Source of the DNA: Macrostomum lignano
Lineage: Eukaryota
Length of the DNA stretch: 64,000 bases
NCBI GenBank assembly: GCA_002269645.1
Contig: NIVC01001458.1
Span: 222,146-286,145 of the forward strand
Direction of reading: 5' to 3'
Under the pieces are notes generated by a model. The model was not told the DNA's origin and did no database searches. It worked only from the letters and a program-made list of their open reading frames with translations. Shown in pieces: positions 58,646-64,000 of this stretch (positions within the stretch are counted from its first letter, which is position 1; each line of letters begins with the position of its first letter). Made by a program: the position numbers and the translations under genes.

Positions 58646-59890
58646 GGGTGCGTTCGAGTGACTTAAAATGACTTAAACTGCCATTTTAACGTCCTTAGTA
58701 AAACAAATGTTAAGCAGACTAAATGTAAAAATAATCTAGGTAAATGATAGTCAAATTACAATTAAGAATTAATTCAATTTCTAAAACCGGTCTAAGATTA
58801 AAAAACGTCACCTATACTTCTTCCAACTCAACCTGAACGCCTAGGCACCGTTTTAACTTCGCTCGCAATTACCACATTTAATCGTAATTGAATATTTTGT
58901 ATTCTTCACCTTTGTTCTATCATTTGCTTTCACGTCCTTTTGCTCAGTTCGCTGCCCGTCATTATAGTCTTTGAATAATTGCTTAGTACTAATATTGTTT
59001 ATTTATTAATTTTTATTACATAGTAGTTTATTTGGACTTGGAATATAGTCACTATTATTGTTGCTACTGTTATTATTTTTCTATTGGAGTTTTGTACTTT
59101 TTAAGCTTGGTTCTTATTCTTCAATATAGTATCTGAGTGAACTTCATGTTATAGTTTACTAAGCAATTATTCAAAGACTATTTTGACGGGCAGCGAAGTG
59201 AGCAAAAAGACGTGAAAGCAAATGATAGAACAAAGGTGAAGAATACAAAATATTCAATTACGATTAAATGTGGTAATTGCGAGCGAAGTTAAAACGGTGC
59301 CTAGGCGTTCAGGTTGAGTTGGAAGAAGTATAGGTGACGTTTTTTAATCTTAGACCGGTTTTAGAAATTGAATTAATTCTTAATTGTTATTTGACTATCA
59401 TTTACCTAGATTATTTTTACATTTAGTCTGCTTAACATTTGTTTTACTAAGGACGTTAAAATGGCAGTTTAAGTCATTTTGGGTCTCCCTAAAACACGCC
59501 CCGCACCGCCCTGCAGCGCTACACATTAAAACAAATTGGACTATAACTGAAGACACTTCAAAATGCGTTTTCTGTTAAAATTCAAAGTTTTTATTAAATT
59601 CAGTTTTTTTTACTATAAAATATAAAATTCGGTGAATAATAAGTGATATTAATAATAATATTAATAAAATTAATAAGAATATAATTTAATAATGAAAACG
59701 AGAATATAAAAAATAATAATAAAATTTATAATAATAATTAAAGATATTTATTCCATTACTCTTACAACAAATATTTTCTTTGCAATCAAATACTGCATTG
59801 ACAAAAAAATGTTATAATGTGTAGCGGTTCGGGGCGGTGCGGTGCGTGTTTTAGGGGGACCCAGTCATTTTAAGTCACTCGAACGCACCC
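58646..59890. mobile_element. Foldback non-autonomous element, PIF/Harbinger-like
   Basis: GGGTGCGTTCGAG...CTCGAACGCACCC termini, 3-bp TSD TAT, about 343-bp nearly perfect arms around a 170-bp AT-rich spacer. Confidence 0.8.
59481..59862. mobile_element. Mutator-like MITE (382 bp) nested in the right arm of the foldback element
   Basis: 48-bp TIRs (GGGTC(T/C)CCCTAAAACACG...), perfect 9-bp TSD AGTCATTTT. Confidence 0.85.
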
Positions 59891-60553
59891 TATCAAAAGC
59901 AATAACAATTTTTGTGCTGAAAAAATGAAAACTTCCTATCTTCGTAGGCCTAGTGTATTTTTTCGGGAAAACCTGCCTTCTAAAATTTTCTAAGAAACGA
60001 AGCTTCCTGTCCTTCTACTTAAGTCGTCCTTGGTAGTAGCTCGAAAATTTCAATTTTTTCTCTATCAACGCTCATTTGCAAAAATTGCTTTAAAAAGTCT
60101 GCAACTAAATGACTAATTATTCATCTAATTAATTGCCATATTCTGATGTTAATTGTAAAGTAACTCTTATTTAAGGATTATTAGGGTATAGGCCTATAAT
60201 AAAATAGGCGGTGACTATTTGTCTGGTATTGGATGAATAACGTAACTATTATTTGTCCGGTACCGGATAAATAAAAGTGAAGTTATTTGTCTGGTAGGCC
60301 CTACTAGCTGAGCTGCATGAATTTGTATGCCACTCTGCAAATCTTTTCTTGCGAGGTATATAAGCCTGATGTTAGAGTGTCTTCCTGATGATCAAACAAT
60401 ACTGAGTTTGAATCTGTAGTGATGACTCCACTTTTTAATTGTAAAAACTCCAAGTTTTATTGTAATAACTCTAATGCCTTACTTTGACATTTGTGTTATA
60501 TAGCAGCAAATGTCATTATTAATTTTGAATGTACTATGACTACTGTTTACTAT

Positions 60554-60806
60554 CCCTATTGCAGCCAAGGTCTGAACCGCGCCGGACGCCCCCCTTTCCC
60601 GCGCCAGACATCTACCCGTACCGCGCCAGGGCCAGTCCCCAGGATCAGTGATTTGGTTCAATTTTCCCATGCCCCGCGCCACGCCGCCGCGCGCTGCCGC
60701 CACACGATACGCCACCGCGCGCCGCCGCCATGCGCCGCGCCGCGCCGCCGCCAGGCCAATCCGTGCCGGACGCCGTCCACGAAAATGGCCATTGGCTGCA
60801 ATAGGG
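60554..60806. mobile_element. GC-rich MITE (253 bp) with 8-bp TSD
   Basis: 15-bp perfect TIR CCCTATTGCAGCCAA, TSD TTTACTAT on both sides; 8-bp TSD fits hAT or P-like transposases. Confidence 0.85.
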
Positions 60807-61935
60807 TTTACTATGAAACCAAAACATATCAATATATATAGAATAAAATAAAATAAGAGTAAAAATTATACAAAACTTTTGGTATTTTGCCAGAATTTGC
60901 CCTCAGCCTTCAATGGGTTTTGCCAACTGTGATCCTATCCTATAGCACTATTTAATCACAACAAATATTTTCTGCTTCTAGCCTAAAAGTGAACTATATA
61001 CTACTTTTTTGAGTATTCCCTATATTTTTACAAGTTTTTATTATATCCAAACTGTAGGCCTACTGGACAATTAGGCCTAGGACAAATAACTTCACTATTA
61101 TTTATCTCATACCAGACAAATAACTTCATTTTTATTTATCCTATAGCCTATATATATCTATATACTAAAAATTTCCTCTTATCTATAACTAGGCCTATCT
61201 ATAACTAGTAAACTTTCTATAATTTCTTATAACTTTCTTGCCATGGTTGTAGTATGCCATTAGCATTACTACTAGAGGGCCTATTAAGGATTAGGACCTC
61301 ACTATTGGCTATATTAGGCCCTATAGCTAGGCCTATAGTGGTGCAGCCATAAATAATATTCTACAGAATGCATCTATGGCATTTAATTTATATCAAATTA
61401 ATTGCCTTTTAGATTATTCTTTCTCTTTTCTCCTTCCTTTTCTACCCTCTTTTTTTCTCTTTTCTTTTTCCCCCTCTTTTCTCTTTCTATTCTCTCTTCT
61501 TTCCATGTTAGACAAAATAAAAATAGATTAATATATTATTGACAAACTAATTAGCTACCATTATACCCAATATAGCTATTTTGAGATATATCTATTCTAT
61601 CAAAAGGATATTAATATGTAAGTGTTGTAACTTTTGGAGTAGTTAGTGTCTTAATCATAATGCTTTTATAGTTAGCTTAAAAATTCTTTATTTAGTACTT
61701 ATATACTTATATTAAGTACATAATGTATAGTCTAAAATAGTACCTAATATTGTTTTGGAATACATGGAGGTGTTAAAGATATTTAGTATTAATTTTTTAT
61801 ATAAATTTATATTTTACCATTGCAAACAACATGTTATAACATTTTTGCAATGCTTTTAACAATTTTCCCATAAATACTTTTTGCATGTAAAATCAGACTA
61901 TCAATTTTTTTCATAACTGCAAAAAGCTAATCAGT

Positions 61936-64000
61936 ATGGATATTGAATTATTAGTTGCTGACATTATAAAGAAGCAATGCTCAGTCCTTCAATTGATTGA
62001 ATCTTTGCAGTAAGTACTAATCAGAAATTGTTACCAATGTTAATAACTTATTTCTATAATTATATTAATAATTTTAACTTTAGACCAGATCTAACATCAA
62101 CTAAAATTGAGCAAAGAGCTGGCGCCATAGGGGAGGTTGCAAATGTTTTGCAAAAATTGCCACCTGCACACTTGAATGAGCAAGAGGGTGAGTACAATTA
62201 TCTAGTTATTACATATTTCAAATAAAAATATATACTATTTGTCTAACTAATTATTTATTATTACCTGTCATCTCTTTTTTCAGTCACAACCCTTGTTCAG
62301 TTTCTATGTGTCAAGTTGGCAGACCATTTTAGTGTGTCAAGTCATGCTATTTTTGGTCTCAAAGCACTGGTAAGACCTTAAAAAGTGCTTTCCTATATGA
62401 TAGTACAAACAGTGGCTCAAGTAAAGCATTTGCATACTCTAATTTTCAGTGCTCTTGTGTCAATCTTTCTAATGCAGCTGCAGAAGCTGTGTTTCGGTCA
62501 GTGACTACCGAGCTTCAGGTGCAAACGCTTAACCAGATGGAGCGAATGGCTGTGTATCAGATCTTTCAGCTGCTGCTGCAGAACAAATTGCACTGTAAGC
62601 CGGTTTACATGGACCCAATGCCCCGATACTGTCGGTTCAGCAGCTGAAAACATTGACAATCTTGATCCCATATCTGACATCCACACGGCACACCTGACAG
62701 TCCCGATACCATATCTGACAGTCCTGATCCCATATCTGACAGTCCCGATACCACATCTGACAGTCCCGATCCCATATCTGACATCCACACGGCACACCTG
62801 ACAGTCCCAATACCATATCTGACAGTCCCGATACCACACCTGACAGTCCCGATTCCACAACTGGCAGTCCTGATCCCACAGCTGACAGTCCCGATCCCCA
62901 CAACTAACAGTCCCGATCCCACACCTGACAGTCTCGATACCACAGCTGACAGTCCCGATCCCACAACTGGCGGTCCCGATCCCACAGCTGAGAGTCCCGA
63001 TCCCCACAACTAACAGTCCCGATCCCACAGTTGACAATCCTGATCCCACACGTGAGAGTTTCAAAAGTTTTGACAGACCTGACAGATTATTCCTGAACAT
63101 TTGCAGTCCTGAAAAGCATCAATCACGACTTCGTGTTCGGTTTTGTTCGCACCATCGACGCCGAGAAAGATCCGCGAAATCTCCTCATCGTATTCGAACT
63201 GTTCCCCCTGGTTGTGGCCGAATTCGATATTACCAGGTTTAGCGAGGACATGTTCGAAGTTATCGCCTGCTATTTTCCTGTCGATTTCAAGCCTGTAGGT
63301 TGATTAATTACTTGAGCAATAGTTGTCTGTGTTATTATTATTTCTGTGCTATTCTAGTCTCTTACACTTCTCTGCCAAATATTCATGATATTCAGCAAGT
63401 TAGAATTGGAGTAATCGTCCCTCATTATAAATAGAATGACGTAGATTTTTATATACTAACTACTAAAAGATCAATTTGCTCCTCAATTGCCTAGGCTCAA
63501 GGGGAATTTTTCAGATGCCAGGATGCTCACGGGAATTGTTCAGATGCCAGAATGCTCACGGGGAATTGTCCTGATGCCAGAAACCTCTGAAAAACGCAAT
63601 TCCCAGAGCGCTAGCGGAAGCGTCACCCGCGACCAGCTGGTCGAATTGCACAGCCGCTGTTTATCATCCACGCCAATATTCGGTGAATTTATGGTGGCCA
63701 CTGCTGCTAGAGAAGCTGGCCTCGGATCTGCGCTCCGCCAGGCTCGAGTCATTCAATTTGTTGCGCAGAGCCGCTCCGGTCTATCCGGCCGCGGTGCTGC
63801 TGGGCTACGGCCAGCAGCTGTTGGCCGCATTTCGTCGGGCGATGTTCCGCTCCGCGTGTCCGACGAGGAACGACGCGTCGCACTGACAGCGTTTGCCGAA
63901 GTTGTCGCCAGAATTGCCCGTCGGATAGCGACGCCGGCGACGATGCAGAATCTGGCCGCGAGGAGTTCTTCCGCCTATTGCTTAAGGGTGGGATTTTCTC
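61936..64000 (+). CDS. MMS19: MMS19 cytosolic Fe-S assembly component, 5' part; exons 61936-62009, 62084-62187, 62284-62369, 62450-62594, 63107-63294, about 63544 to window end (frameshifted)
   Basis: VLQLIESLQPDLTS...RAGAI, LADH...GLKAL, LQVQTL, FGFVRTIDAEKDPRNLL, MFEVIACYFPVDFKP, STPIFGEF-WPLLLEKL; phases consistent through exon 5; a further upstream exon cannot be excluded. Confidence 0.93.
62660..63050. repeat. About 21-bp minisatellite GACAGTCCCGATCCCACA (MMS19 intron 4)
   Basis: Seen directly. Confidence 0.9.

Larger units (their letters stand above)
58559..60013. mobile_element. Outer element defined by about 48-bp inverted repeats (58559-58606 and 59966-60013)
   Basis: aggacgggaaacctcgtttcttaaaaaattttagaaggcaggttttcc versus ggaaaacctgccttctaaaattttctaagaaacgaagcttcctgtcct. 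Confidence 0.55.

Noticed and set aside
60479-60851. Arg/Ala-rich ORFs on both strands
   Set aside because: By-product of the GC-rich MITE; no recognisable domain.
51900-62400. AT-rich block as contaminant, organellar insert or horizontal transfer
   Set aside because: It contains eukaryotic transposon fossils, runs continuously into spliced NDUFS5 and MMS19 exons, and shows no rRNA, tRNA or operon-like ORFs.

Overview
Metazoan genomic DNA with spliced genes; the GC-rich exons and minisatellite-filled introns are reminiscent of a free-living flatworm such as Macrostomum, but that is a low-confidence guess. Four genes could be reconstructed by hand with phase-consistent GT-AG junctions: (1) an insulin/IGF-like receptor ectodomain on the minus strand (9 exons, 36125->5956; the transmembrane and kinase exons lie beyond the left edge), with exons 6-7 present twice across a 119-N gap, most likely an assembly overlap; (2) Rab24 (minus, 3 exons); (3) NDUFS5 (minus, 2 exons, twin CX9C) with an 8-kb intron; (4) the 5' part of MMS19 (plus, 6 exons, last one frameshifted). 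Most long introns carry their own minisatellite, several with strong transcription-factor motifs (ETS, TCF/LEF, M-box, TALE). A 3.2-kb CACTA/EnSpm-like element with a spliced BEN-like passenger gene sits inside a satellite. About 36-37.7 kb and 52-62.4 kb are AT-rich and nearly CpG-free; the larger domain is a transposon graveyard showing directional C:G->T:A changes that include CpA->TpA (RIP-like) and many TAGGCCTA palindromes, with young nested MITE/foldback insertions. The very long ORFs in the track are artefacts of stop-free repeats. All counts were made by eye; no database searches were run.
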